A stretch of DNA of 64,000 nt from a virus. Shown here piece after piece: positions 36,250 through 45,175 of this stretch (position 1 is its first letter; every line of letters begins with the position of its first letter). The translations under genes were made by a program, and so were the position numbers. The DNA lies in the IMG/VR virus record IMGVR_UViG_3300045988_119033. The stretch is one strand, 5' to 3'. The notes beneath the pieces were generated by a model, which ran no database searches, was not told the DNA's origin, and saw nothing but the letters and a program-made list of their open reading frames with translations.

Positions 36250-39200
36250 ATGGTATCAACGTGTATTATTAAAAGAGATAATAAAAAGAAAGTTGTTTCT
36301 GTCTCTACCAGATCAGGGGACAGGTCTATGTTATTCGATAAGATAGCATCTATTCCTCTTATGGAAAATAGGGAACGGGCTACTACTGTTTTTAAAACCG
36401 TATTTTCTAATAAGTTCTTAAAGGCTTTTGGTGACTGGAGAAGGAATGTGCCTATCAACAAACAGGCTTACAATAAGGTAAAATCTAACATCGGCCTTAT
36501 TCCAGAGACCTATAGAGAAAGGGTGCTGGATAAGGCTTCTAAGATGAGTAACCCTATTCTTGTGTCGAAATCAGATGCACCTTATGGGATTCAAGAATCA
36601 GGCTTTGGATTCTATAGCCAAGATCTGGGTGATAATATTATGTTGGTGGATGCTATGGTTCCGTCAAGTATCTCCGTGCCGGAAGAACCAGGAATAGACT
36701 CAGGGCAGTATCTACAAGATGCTATATCTTCGGACTTCACTCCCGTATCTATGGTACAGGATAATGATGTTAATTATATGGTTATAAAAGACGGTCTTAA
36801 GATATTTAGTCCAGAAGAGCTACCAGAAACAGATTCTAATCCTGTGGGTGTAACGTATCAGACTGGAGAACCTCGTTTGTTTTTTATGAATGATCGTAAT
36901 CAATTATTTGAAGATTACGGAGAAGCTCTTCGCTCTGGCGGGAATGATATCAGAATAGGATTCTTATCTGGCACCGTTCAAGAATCTGCCTGGGATGGCG
37001 TGGCAGACATTACTTACAAGGCTGGAAAGTATGTCCTTAACAACCCCAAATCTTTTATACCTGTTATGACCGCCTCTGCTTCCACTTCTTTATCAACAAA
37101 AGGTGGGATAATAAACTACCTTATAAAGAAAGGTCTTTTGTCAGGATCCAAGATATTCGATCCGGAAACAAGAAGCTATTATCTTACAGGAGAAGGACAT
37201 GCAGGACAAATTAGACTTTTCAATTCAGCCTTAGCTTATACCGAACTTCGTAATCATTTCAGTTCTGATGTTTCCATGAATGATCAAGGCATGATAACCA
37301 TAAATTCATTGGATAATAGTAAGGTGACTATGAGACTCGCCACCGGAGGAACAGAAAGAGTTAGCAAGGAGCAGATAAAGAGCGATCTTAAGTCTGGAAG
37401 ATACAATGAATTGGATGCTAAATACGATCACTTTGATGCGCTTGTAGTTTCATTTATATTAGAAGACAATGATCTTTATGCTGATACTAAAGCTAAGATA
37501 GTATCGGATTATAGCCAAGAGGAACGTAATCAACGAAATTCTATTGTTGAGATACTGAAAACGCTGGGCGTTAGTGTCGTTGGCATGACCGATTATATAG
37601 AGAAGTACCAAACTAAATACGGACACGAACCTTCTGCTAAAGCATTGGCGGATATTGCCAATAACGTAATAGCAGTCGGTGAAGATGCTACTTTGTCTGA
37701 CTTAGTAGAAGAAACAGCCCACTTCCTTGTAGAGGCGTACAGAGATCAGAATGCTGTTGAATCTGTTTTGCAAGACGTAGAAGGCACTGAAGAATGGAAT
37801 CAGTATGCAAATCAGTATTATAATACATACGGTAAGGTATATGAAGGAACTGAACTTGACAATGTAGTTAGGAAAGAAATTCTTGGAAAGATCCTTGCCA
37901 GGGAGATGCAGGACAGAACGGCGCCCATAGAGCCCACCTCCTTCCTGGGACGCGTCCGGCAGCTTCTCTCTGGAATCGTAAACTGGCTTAAATCAGCTTT
38001 ATCTACCCAAAGACAAGATTTGAATAACGTTATTAAAAACATTCGTGATCTTGCTATTACCGACATAGATAAAGGATTTGATACTTCTCTTTTAAAGGAT
38101 AATGATTTTACATTATACTCTCTTTCCTCTATGAACAAGAACAAGTTTCTTGAGTCTAAGATCAGGGCATTGAGAAAAACATTGAGAGACTTACGTCAGA
38201 TAAGCTCTGATAGGGCTGTAACTACATCTATGACCCTTGCTCAACTTAAGACCATAGAAGATAAGATAAATAAGGTAGAGACCGAAATAGACAAAAATGA
38301 GATGGCGGCTGCCATGAATAGCATGATCTCCACAGCCGAAGCTCAGGTCAGATACTTAAGCAATGTAGTAAATACTATCCTTCATGGTGATACCAAAGAC
38401 GGTAAACTTCATTTCAATACCAATGATCGAAAGAACGTAGATATTATCAACAATCAGGTTCTTCCGATCATGAACGATCTTCGAGGATATATCCGTAACA
38501 GAAGTACCGAATTTGACGAACGTGAAAAGCAAGATTATACAAATAGGATCAATACCGTCATTGCCGACATCAATGGTATTCAGTCTGATATTAAATCAGT
38601 ACAAGATCTTGATGAAAGTACGTTGCTTGACAAGTTAATGAACGAACTTCATGTGCCGGCAGATAAGGTAAAGAAAGTAAAAGAGTTCTTTGATAAAGTC
38701 CAACACGATGTGTCCTGGATAAGTAGGTGGTTTGGTATATTAGAACATTCTTCCAGCCCGTTTAATAACGCTCTTGGAGCTATGATTGCCAAAGACAATT
38801 ATAATGCGATGGTGAATGCCCAGCCAGCCATATCCGACTTCCTGGCATATGCGAAAAAACATGGTTTCAATAAATCTGAATTTGAAAAACTGCTTCAGAA
38901 AGTAGACGGCAAGACTTCTAATTATCTTCGTAGTGCTCTTGATATGGCTAAATACGATCGTAATAAGAAGCTGGCGCAGATGCGAGCGTTTGCAACTGCC
39001 ATGAACATAGAGATATCAGAAGAAGAAATCAATGATGTGGTTGACAATAACCGTAATTATGTGTTTAAAAGAGAAGTAGTTGACAAGGACGGAAATACGG
39101 TTACTGAGAACGCTAAATTCAAACCTTCTTCTGATAGGGTTAATACCGACATCTTTACCATCGAGCAGGAAAGGATTTATACAGAACAGATGGAGAAGTG

Positions 39201-42200
39201 GGATGCTGAAAATTCAGAACTGGAATTTAGTGAAAGTTATGCCACAAGAATGGAATCCATATACAAAAAGGCTGAAGAAGAATTGGGGTATCCGGTTTCT
39301 CAAACAACTAAAGAATATCTTAATGCTCTTTCCCGGCAAAAACGGATATTGAGGCAACCTTTTATTGATAGCAATGGTAATTTTGATGAAGTTGCTTACT
39401 TCAAGAGCAGTAATTATGAAGAAGAAGGACTGCTTCGTAAACAACGTAAGGAAGCAGCTTCAGAATACATATATGTAGGAACCAGAAGAGTCGATAAAAC
39501 CGGTGATCAACTCAAGATGGCTAAAGAAATACAAGCTATAAATGAAGTATGGAGAAAAGAATCAAATAATGTTACTAATGCCGTATCAGAATCATTTTTG
39601 GAAAGATTGAGAACGATTCAGCGTGAGTCTGGAGGGGAGGCTGCACTGAGAACGCTTATGTTAGGAGGACACCTGGCTTTTAATGATCAGTTTTGGAATG
39701 ATATAGAGTCAGATCAGTCGGCACGCACCGAATCAAACAACAAGGCTTCGTATCTTAAAATGGCGCATGATATCATTAATTCTACGACAAGTGATAGAGA
39801 TGCGACAGACGTAGAAGCTATTGTGAAAGATATAGAAAAAAACAGGGCTATCATCAAGGAAATAATTGGGAATAACCGCGATGTGGCTGATATCGGAGAA
39901 ATCAATGAAGCGACATTTACCTCATCTGAAAGAGATGCTTTTAGGGCTGCATCTGAAGCTATTGAAACCGACTACGCTATTTTAATAGATTATGCTAAGA
40001 TGGTGGGTCTTGAAGATATTGATAAATACCTTACTAAAAGCAGTAAGGCTGAAAACGAAGTCAATCAATCTTATTTAAATGCTCTTGCTGACTCCAAGGA
40101 AGTGGAATGGAAGTTTGTGCAACGTCATACTACGGCAAAGAAAGCAAAAAGGATTCAAGCCTTAAGGGATAAACTATTTAAGGCTGCTGATAACCGATAT
40201 TTGTTTACTGTATCTGAAACCAACTACTTGTCAGAAAAGCTTGGAATAAGCAAAGAATTAGACGGTAGAGATTTTAGGAATGCTGTCAATACTAAGATGG
40301 CCAGCTTGTTTTTAAATAACACAAGAGAATCAGGTATAGAAGAGGCTAATGCTATTGTTAATGAATTTGCCAGAAGTCAAGTCTTTTCATATTACAAACG
40401 CATGGCTCCTACCGGATATGCGGCTATGCTTGGTAAAATAGGTCGAGGTGAGATAGACGTGGCACAGATGGTTAAAGACGTACAGAACGGGACATCCACA
40501 CAAGATTATGGTATGAATATATCGTACCTGTCTTTCGACCCTGCAAGAGCGTGGGTGGCTGAATCTGAAGCTGAAAATAGCGGTCGTAACCCAGATTATG
40601 TAAAAGATCATGGGTATGGTTATCGTATGCCCAAGAAGAGCCTGTATCGTGATGAATCGTATTTCAATGACTTCGGCATTAGATATGATGCTGATGGTAA
40701 TGAGATTGCTACTAAAAACGTAGAGCAATGGAATATGATTCAAAAACTTAAGGAAATAAAAAGACAATCCCTTTCCTTATACAAAGAGCAGAGCCCCAAT
40801 TTGTATGCTATTCCACAGATATCCAAACAAGATATAGAACGTATGGAGGGATTGGGTATCAACTTCAAAAATACGGTTCGTAATTTTGTATCAGATCTCT
40901 GTCTGGACAGAGTAGACGATTCTCTATACGGTAAAACCAGACAAGGGGAAGTATATGATCCAGAAGATAGGATTAGGTCTATACCTAAATACTACATATA
41001 TGAATTAGAGAACCAAGATGACGTATCTCATGATTTTGGTTATTCTTATTCGATGCTTATGATGCAATCATCGTTATACAACGAAAAGCAGAAGTCTATA
41101 GAGCTTGCCCAAGGACTGGAGCAGATGTTACTGAATAAGCAATTTGAAGGCGGTAAGAAAGCTGAGGCAACTCAAGCATACCAGATGTTTAGAGACTTCT
41201 TTAATGACCATTATTATGGCATTAGGATGAACACCAAGAAACTTACGGTTAACATCGGTGGATACACGATAGATCTTACAAGAATTATGATGGCCGTTGA
41301 AAGGTTTATGTCGGTCATGAACTTAGCGCTGTCCCCGTTTGTGGCAGCTACCGGCGCTCTGACAGGTCATATTAACCTCATCATGGAATCTGCCGTAGGA
41401 CAATATATAAGCAAAGATTCCCTTAAATATGCATCGGCTGAGTTTTCACGTCTTGCGCCATCTTGTATAGCAGAAACCGGAGACATAGATAGAAAAAGCA
41501 AATTATATGCCATAGGTGAGAGAATGGGGATATTCAATATCCGAAATCGTATGTATGGTGCCGGATATAATAGGGTGGCCCGGACCTTAATGCGTTCACC
41601 GATGTATGCTTTTATGGAAATCATGAACTACCCTCTTGATCCGCAGGTTATGATCGCTACTATGGATAACGTTCGTTATTACAAAGGTCGGTTCTACACG
41701 TTCCAGGATTTCAAGATGGAAAAAGAACGTGGTAAAGAACAGAGCACCATAAAAAGAGAATGGGATGCATTAAAAGATCGTACTTTATGGAGTATGGCAG
41801 ATGTCGTAGACGGCAAGGTGGTTGTGAAACCAGGATCGGGTGTTACTGTTGAGGAGGTTGAAACTCAGATGGCTATAACCCGAAATCAGGTTCGTAGCCT
41901 GTCTCAGATATGTAACGGATCTTTGAATGAAGAAAACCGGACCGCCGCATCCCGCAACTGGATAGCCAGGTTCATGACTGCCCACCGAGGATGGCTGGTG
42001 CTGGCGGCTCAACGTCTGTGGAAAAGAAGGGGATTCAATTTCCAGACAATGCAAGAAGAGGAAGGGCTGTCAATTACGTTAAAGAATATGATAGCTAAAA
42101 CATTTAGCTTAGCTTCCGAGCCTGGTATGAAAAATATCATAGATGCCTGGAACGAAAATAAAGATAAGATGGGTGAGGTGGAAAAGACTAATCTTAAACG

Positions 42201-42666
42201 CCTCAGTGTTTATGCCGGCACGTTCCTCATCATGCAGGCCGTGTCTATGCTTCTTGCCGGATGGCGTGATGATGATGAAAACGAGGAAAGCTGGCTTACT
42301 CAATTCGGATCTTATGTAGGATTTAGAACCATAAATGAAATAGCTTCACAGATGCCGTTTATTATGGAGCTTAATGTGGTGGATATCATTAATGACCCAT
42401 TTGTCATGGGACGGAAACTGAAGGATCTCACCGATCTCAGGAACTACTCACTTGATAAAGTAACATCTGGTACATATAAAGGTGAGTCTAAGTTATTTAG
42501 ACAACTCGCTAAACAGACGTTTATCAAACAATGGTATAACATTAAGACGCCGGAAGACGTAGCACGTGCCTATAACTGGTGGCAGCAGACGAACAACAAG
42601 TCAATGATGTTTTTCATCGGTGCCACTCCTGATTCAGAAGGAGACGATGATGTGAGCTACAAGTAG
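36250..42666 (+). CDS. Giant virion protein (2138 aa), function unknown
   Basis: 6.4 kb uninterrupted ORF. Largely alpha-helical and charged with no canonical catalytic motif. A clear terminator follows. Confidence 0.55.
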   Translation: MVSTCIIKRDNKKKVVSVSTRSGDRSMLFDKIASIPLMENRERATTVFKTVFSNKFLKAFGDWRRNVPINKQAYNKVKSNIGLIPETYRERVLDKASKMSNPILVSKSDAPYGIQESGFGFYSQDLGDNIMLVDAMVPSSISVPEEPGIDSGQYLQDAISSDFTPVSMVQDNDVNYMVIKDGLKIFSPEELPETDSNPVGVTYQTGEPRLFFMNDRNQLFEDYGEALRSGGNDIRIGFLSGTVQESAWDGVADITYKAGKYVLNNPKSFIPVMTASASTSLSTKGGIINYLIKKGLLSGSKIFDPETRSYYLTGEGHAGQIRLFNSALAYTELRNHFSSDVSMNDQGMITINSLDNSKVTMRLATGGTERVSKEQIKSDLKSGRYNELDAKYDHFDALVVSFILEDNDLYADTKAKIVSDYSQEERNQRNSIVEILKTLGVSVVGMTDYIEKYQTKYGHEPSAKALADIANNVIAVGEDATLSDLVEETAHFLVEAYRDQNAVESVLQDVEGTEEWNQYANQYYNTYGKVYEGTELDNVVRKEILGKILAREMQDRTAPIEPTSFLGRVRQLLSGIVNWLKSALSTQRQDLNNVIKNIRDLAITDIDKGFDTSLLKDNDFTLYSLSSMNKNKFLESKIRALRKTLRDLRQISSDRAVTTSMTLAQLKTIEDKINKVETEIDKNEMAAAMNSMISTAEAQVRYLSNVVNTILHGDTKDGKLHFNTNDRKNVDIINNQVLPIMNDLRGYIRNRSTEFDEREKQDYTNRINTVIADINGIQSDIKSVQDLDESTLLDKLMNELHVPADKVKKVKEFFDKVQHDVSWISRWFGILEHSSSPFNNALGAMIAKDNYNAMVNAQPAISDFLAYAKKHGFNKSEFEKLLQKVDGKTSNYLRSALDMAKYDRNKKLAQMRAFATAMNIEISEEEINDVVDNNRNYVFKREVVDKDGNTVTENAKFKPSSDRVNTDIFTIEQERIYTEQMEKWDAENSELEFSESYATRMESIYKKAEEELGYPVSQTTKEYLNALSRQKRILRQPFIDSNGNFDEVAYFKSSNYEEEGLLRKQRKEAASEYIYVGTRRVDKTGDQLKMAKEIQAINEVWRKESNNVTNAVSESFLERLRTIQRESGGEAALRTLMLGGHLAFNDQFWNDIESDQSARTESNNKASYLKMAHDIINSTTSDRDATDVEAIVKDIEKNRAIIKEIIGNNRDVADIGEINEATFTSSERDAFRAASEAIETDYAILIDYAKMVGLEDIDKYLTKSSKAENEVNQSYLNALADSKEVEWKFVQRHTTAKKAKRIQALRDKLFKAADNRYLFTVSETNYLSEKLGISKELDGRDFRNAVNTKMASLFLNNTRESGIEEANAIVNEFARSQVFSYYKRMAPTGYAAMLGKIGRGEIDVAQMVKDVQNGTSTQDYGMNISYLSFDPARAWVAESEAENSGRNPDYVKDHGYGYRMPKKSLYRDESYFNDFGIRYDADGNEIATKNVEQWNMIQKLKEIKRQSLSLYKEQSPNLYAIPQISKQDIERMEGLGINFKNTVRNFVSDLCLDRVDDSLYGKTRQGEVYDPEDRIRSIPKYYIYELENQDDVSHDFGYSYSMLMMQSSLYNEKQKSIELAQGLEQMLLNKQFEGGKKAEATQAYQMFRDFFNDHYYGIRMNTKKLTVNIGGYTIDLTRIMMAVERFMSVMNLALSPFVAATGALTGHINLIMESAVGQYISKDSLKYASAEFSRLAPSCIAETGDIDRKSKLYAIGERMGIFNIRNRMYGAGYNRVARTLMRSPMYAFMEIMNYPLDPQVMIATMDNVRYYKGRFYTFQDFKMEKERGKEQSTIKREWDALKDRTLWSMADVVDGKVVVKPGSGVTVEEVETQMAITRNQVRSLSQICNGSLNEENRTAASRNWIARFMTAHRGWLVLAAQRLWKRRGFNFQTMQEEEGLSITLKNMIAKTFSLASEPGMKNIIDAWNENKDKMGEVEKTNLKRLSVYAGTFLIMQAVSMLLAGWRDDDENEESWLTQFGSYVGFRTINEIASQMPFIMELNVVDIINDPFVMGRKLKDLTDLRNYSLDKVTSGTYKGESKLFRQLAKQTFIKQWYNIKTPEDVARAYNWWQQTNNKSMMFFIGATPDSEGDDDVSYK

Positions 42667-42804
42667 ACGAAGAATATTGGGCTTATATTACTACAATATG
42701 GCTCTAATATGCTATCTTAGCATTGTCAAAGAGTAGACTATACGTTTTTTTGTTCTTACTTTAAAGGTTATGTAGGTTTAATTTTTTCTGAAATTGTTTT
42801 CTTA

Positions 42805-42847
42805 CCAGTTCTCAGTCAGCGATGATAGAGAACTGGTTTCTTTTGTT
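42805..42847 (+). terminator. Rho-independent terminator after the 2138-aa gene
   Basis: 9-bp stem CCAGTTCTC/GAGAACTGG, followed by TTTCTTTTGTT. Confidence 0.65.
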
Positions 42848-42977
42848 ATGAAAAAAAATGCTATCTTGCAAAAAATAAGGTGATTATATACAACTTTACA
42901 CCATATTTTATAGATACTATACATATAATAAAGACAATAAGTGATTTTGTTGCACCTGATACTTACTTAAAAGGAAT

Positions 42978-43712
42978 ATGAGAAGAAGATTTGAAACATC
43001 ATTAAAAATATATGAATATCAAATAGTTAGCAACTGTATAGGGGGGGGGGTAATCATTGATGATGAAATAGTCGGTACCGTTCCACAAAGTGGTGTATTT
43101 ACCTTTCTTTCTATAAAACAACGTCTGGGTTCTATAAGTATCCAAGGAGGAGTCCCATCTAATACAAAAGAGACTATCAGCGAACAAACAGAATCTACGA
43201 AAGAGCTTGTAGAGAAGGATGACATTAAACTTATTATAGGTAGAGTAGAATCTCCTTCTTTAGGTTTTTTGATACGTCTTTATTTGCCTGACCAGTTTAC
43301 AGTGAGAGAACAAGAAAAGAAATATGTAACATATCGTGAAATACTATATACTGCTCCTGGTAAAAAATACAATGTAAACAATGATAATCCTATTGTAATG
43401 AATTACACCAGTGAGCAACATGAGTACCCAGATACGATAATAGGAGATCCTGTAGATAAGGTCTACGAAACTGGCTCAGATACATCATGGAGTTGCGAAC
43501 TTGTTGAAACTAATATCGAACCAGAGCCTTCTCCTACATCTTTTCAATATTTGACCCTAACATCAATAGTCAGACCTATTATAACCAGGTTGGGTCAAGG
43601 CACTTTATATGCCACCTATTCCGCTCATATAAAACTTGAATTATATTCTAAAACACATGGAAGTATAGGTGAATATGTGGTAACATCGGAGACAGTTACG
43701 TTCGACAATTAA
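42978..43712 (+). CDS. Hypothetical protein (244 aa) with an MRRRFE N-terminus and an in-frame G10 homopolymer
   Basis: The N-terminus is identical to ORF 4934. G10 at 43041-43050 encodes GGG within codons 22-24. Last plus-strand gene before the convergent junction. Confidence 0.5.
   Translation: MRRRFETSLKIYEYQIVSNCIGGGVIIDDEIVGTVPQSGVFTFLSIKQRLGSISIQGGVPSNTKETISEQTESTKELVEKDDIKLIIGRVESPSLGFLIRLYLPDQFTVREQEKKYVTYREILYTAPGKKYNVNNDNPIVMNYTSEQHEYPDTIIGDPVDKVYETGSDTSWSCELVETNIEPEPSPTSFQYLTLTSIVRPIITRLGQGTLYATYSAHIKLELYSKTHGSIGEYVVTSETVTFDN
43041..43050 (+). repeat. Homopolymeric G10 tract inside the coding sequence
   Basis: Ten consecutive G in a roughly 35% GC genome. Confidence 0.8.
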
Positions 43713-43717
43713 AACAA

Positions 43718-43756
43718 TTCTGCATATAGACTCTATACTATCGTCTATATGCAGAA
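43718..43756. terminator. Bidirectional terminator at the junction of the convergent plus and minus modules
   Basis: Perfect 14-bp inverted repeat TTCTGCATATAGAC/GTCTATATGCAGAA with an 11-nt loop. TTGTTTT follows on the minus strand. Confidence 0.65.
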
Positions 43757-43770
43757 TTGCATATAACTTC

Positions 43771-43989
43771 CTAAAGTAATAGCGGATCTATATATGCATT
43801 ACCTCGTAATACGGATAAAGAATCATTTTTGTCTTTAATTATTAATGCTACACCTCTACCTTTAAATATAAATTCTTTTTGTGTATCATTATTTAGAAAT
43901 TGCTTAAATTCTTCTATTTCTTTATCAGAAGGTCTAAACTCTTTTGCAAATACATAAACTTTTTGTTCGAATGTTAACTTTTCGTTCAT
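43771..43989 (-). CDS. Small hypothetical protein (72 aa from the revised start MNEKLTFEQK...)
   Basis: The revised start at 43987-43989 sits directly downstream (minus sense) of a conserved 25-nt element also found before ORF 44494-44649. Confidence 0.4.
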   Translation of the reverse strand: MNEKLTFEQKVYVFAKEFRPSDKEIEEFKQFLNNDTQKEFIFKGRGVALIIKDKNDSLSVLRGNAYIDPLLL

Positions 43990-44020
43990 AACTCTAATTT
44001 TTAAAAGTGAATAATTAATT
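43990..44020 (-). promoter_or_regulatory. Conserved upstream element (plus-strand sequence TAAT TTTTAAAAGTGAATAATTAATT), copy 1
   Basis: Identical over about 24 nt to 44650-44680. It ends 6 to 7 nt before the ATG of a small minus-strand gene. Confidence 0.45.
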
Positions 44021-44311
44021 AAGGTTGCCAAAAGAAAGGAAAATAAGTTCTTTAATACAAGCTTTTGGTATGGTCATTATACCAGAAGCTTGTTCTAATG
44101 TATTGGAATTACCAACAGCATAATGACCAGCTACAGATATAGATCTTTCATTTTCATGTACAACAATACCATAGCTCTCTATTTCTGATATATCTGTTTC
44201 GTAATCCTCCAGATCTACCCATGTTCTTTCTGATAGGTTGGAATCTATCCACTTAACTAATACCCGCTTGTTTAAAAGCGATTCTTTTCTTTTATTTCTA
44301 CTCTTTTTCAT
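44015..44311 (-). CDS. Hypothetical protein (98 aa)
   Basis: ORF. Its stop lies inside conserved element copy 1. Confidence 0.4.
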   Translation of the reverse strand: MKKSRNKRKESLLNKRVLVKWIDSNLSERTWVDLEDYETDISEIESYGIVVHENERSISVAGHYAVGNSNTLEQASGIMTIPKACIKELIFLSFGNLN

Positions 44312-44344
44312 AACTTGTTATATTGATTTTTTAGTAAACGAAAA

Positions 44345-44374
44345 GAGATTGTGCCAGCATTTTGACACAATCTC
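44345..44374 (-). terminator. Hairpin GAGATTGTG/CACAATCTC, followed on the minus strand by a T-rich run
   Basis: 9-bp stem with a 12-nt loop. TTTTCGTTT follows in the minus sense. Confidence 0.45.
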
Positions 44375-44493
44375 AATTATATGAGAATAATACTAAGAAA
44401 AGGTGTAAAGTGGTATATAATTACCATTTAGAATAAATGAGATTTTAAACATCCCTAACGCTTATCCTTCTCAAAACATTTCATTGGATATCG

Positions 44494-44649
44494 CTATGAT
44501 GTTGCTTTCTTTGCGATTAGATCATTGATAGAATCAAGCAGTTTTCGGTCGTGAGGAGAATCGTAATTTTTAAGTTTTTCCTTACAAATTTCTCTCATTT
44601 TGATAAGACGATTCAATTCTTGTTGTCCATTTTCTTTTGATGTTTTCAT
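44494..44649 (-). CDS. Small hypothetical protein (51 aa), not in the supplied ORF track
   Basis: Manual translation of the minus strand: MKTSKENGQQELNRLIKMREICKEKLKNYDSPHDRKLLDSINDLIAKKATS. Preceded by conserved element copy 2. Confidence 0.35.
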   Translation of the reverse strand: MKTSKENGQQELNRLIKMREICKEKLKNYDSPHDRKLLDSINDLIAKKATS

Positions 44650-44680
44650 AATTGTAACTTTTAAAAGTGAATAATTAATT
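44650..44680 (-). promoter_or_regulatory. Conserved upstream element, copy 2
   Basis: AATTGTAACTTTTAAAAGTGAATAATTAATT, to be compared with copy 1. Confidence 0.45.
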
Positions 44681-44683
44681 GAT

Positions 44684-45163
44684 TTATAAAAAATGTACCC
44701 TATCCGTAAAAACTAAACCAACGCCATTCATAATATATCCTACTACAGGAGCTTTGTCAAATTCCTCCTTCGTAGCCCAAGTAGCATTATCAGGCATCAG
44801 ATCCTTAAATGCATCCGAAACATCACCCTGACACCAGCAATTGTTTGATGCAACAATACCCTTCCCTTCGATATTGACATACATTTTTCTTCCACCGCAT
44901 CCAAGGCTATTCCATCCTCTTGGTACGTTTTCTACCATAGGCTTAAGCACCCAGCTTTCACCGTCTATCCTAATCCATCCAGGATCGTCTTTGTGCTTGT
45001 CGTACATATTTTGCCAAAAAGAGCATTCGTAGCACCATCCCTTGTCTTCCATGATAGTTCTTATCTCACACCTTTCAAATCCATCTGCATCCATCGTGTG
45101 CGGAGAATGAGGCTGGTGAGGGGTGCCACATTTTGGGCATACGAGTTTTAAATTCTTTTCCAT
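44684..45163 (-). CDS. Cys/Trp-rich hypothetical protein (159 aa)
   Basis: ORF with multiple CxxC pairs (CPKCG, CYEC, CWCQ). Confidence 0.45.
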   Translation of the reverse strand: MEKNLKLVCPKCGTPHQPHSPHTMDADGFERCEIRTIMEDKGWCYECSFWQNMYDKHKDDPGWIRIDGESWVLKPMVENVPRGWNSLGCGGRKMYVNIEGKGIVASNNCWCQGDVSDAFKDLMPDNATWATKEEFDKAPVVGYIMNGVGLVFTDRVHFL

Positions 45164-45175
45164 ATTATTTCACTT

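Noticed and set aside
36250-42666. Tested whether the 2138-aa or 2238-aa giant proteins are crAss-like virion RNA polymerases
   Set aside because: I could not find a DxDGD/NADFDGD-like double-psi beta-barrel catalytic motif or other RNAP signatures by eye. The nearest stretch is YDADGNE, which is not convincing. They are left as unknown virion proteins, and a crAss-like assignment is not claimed.
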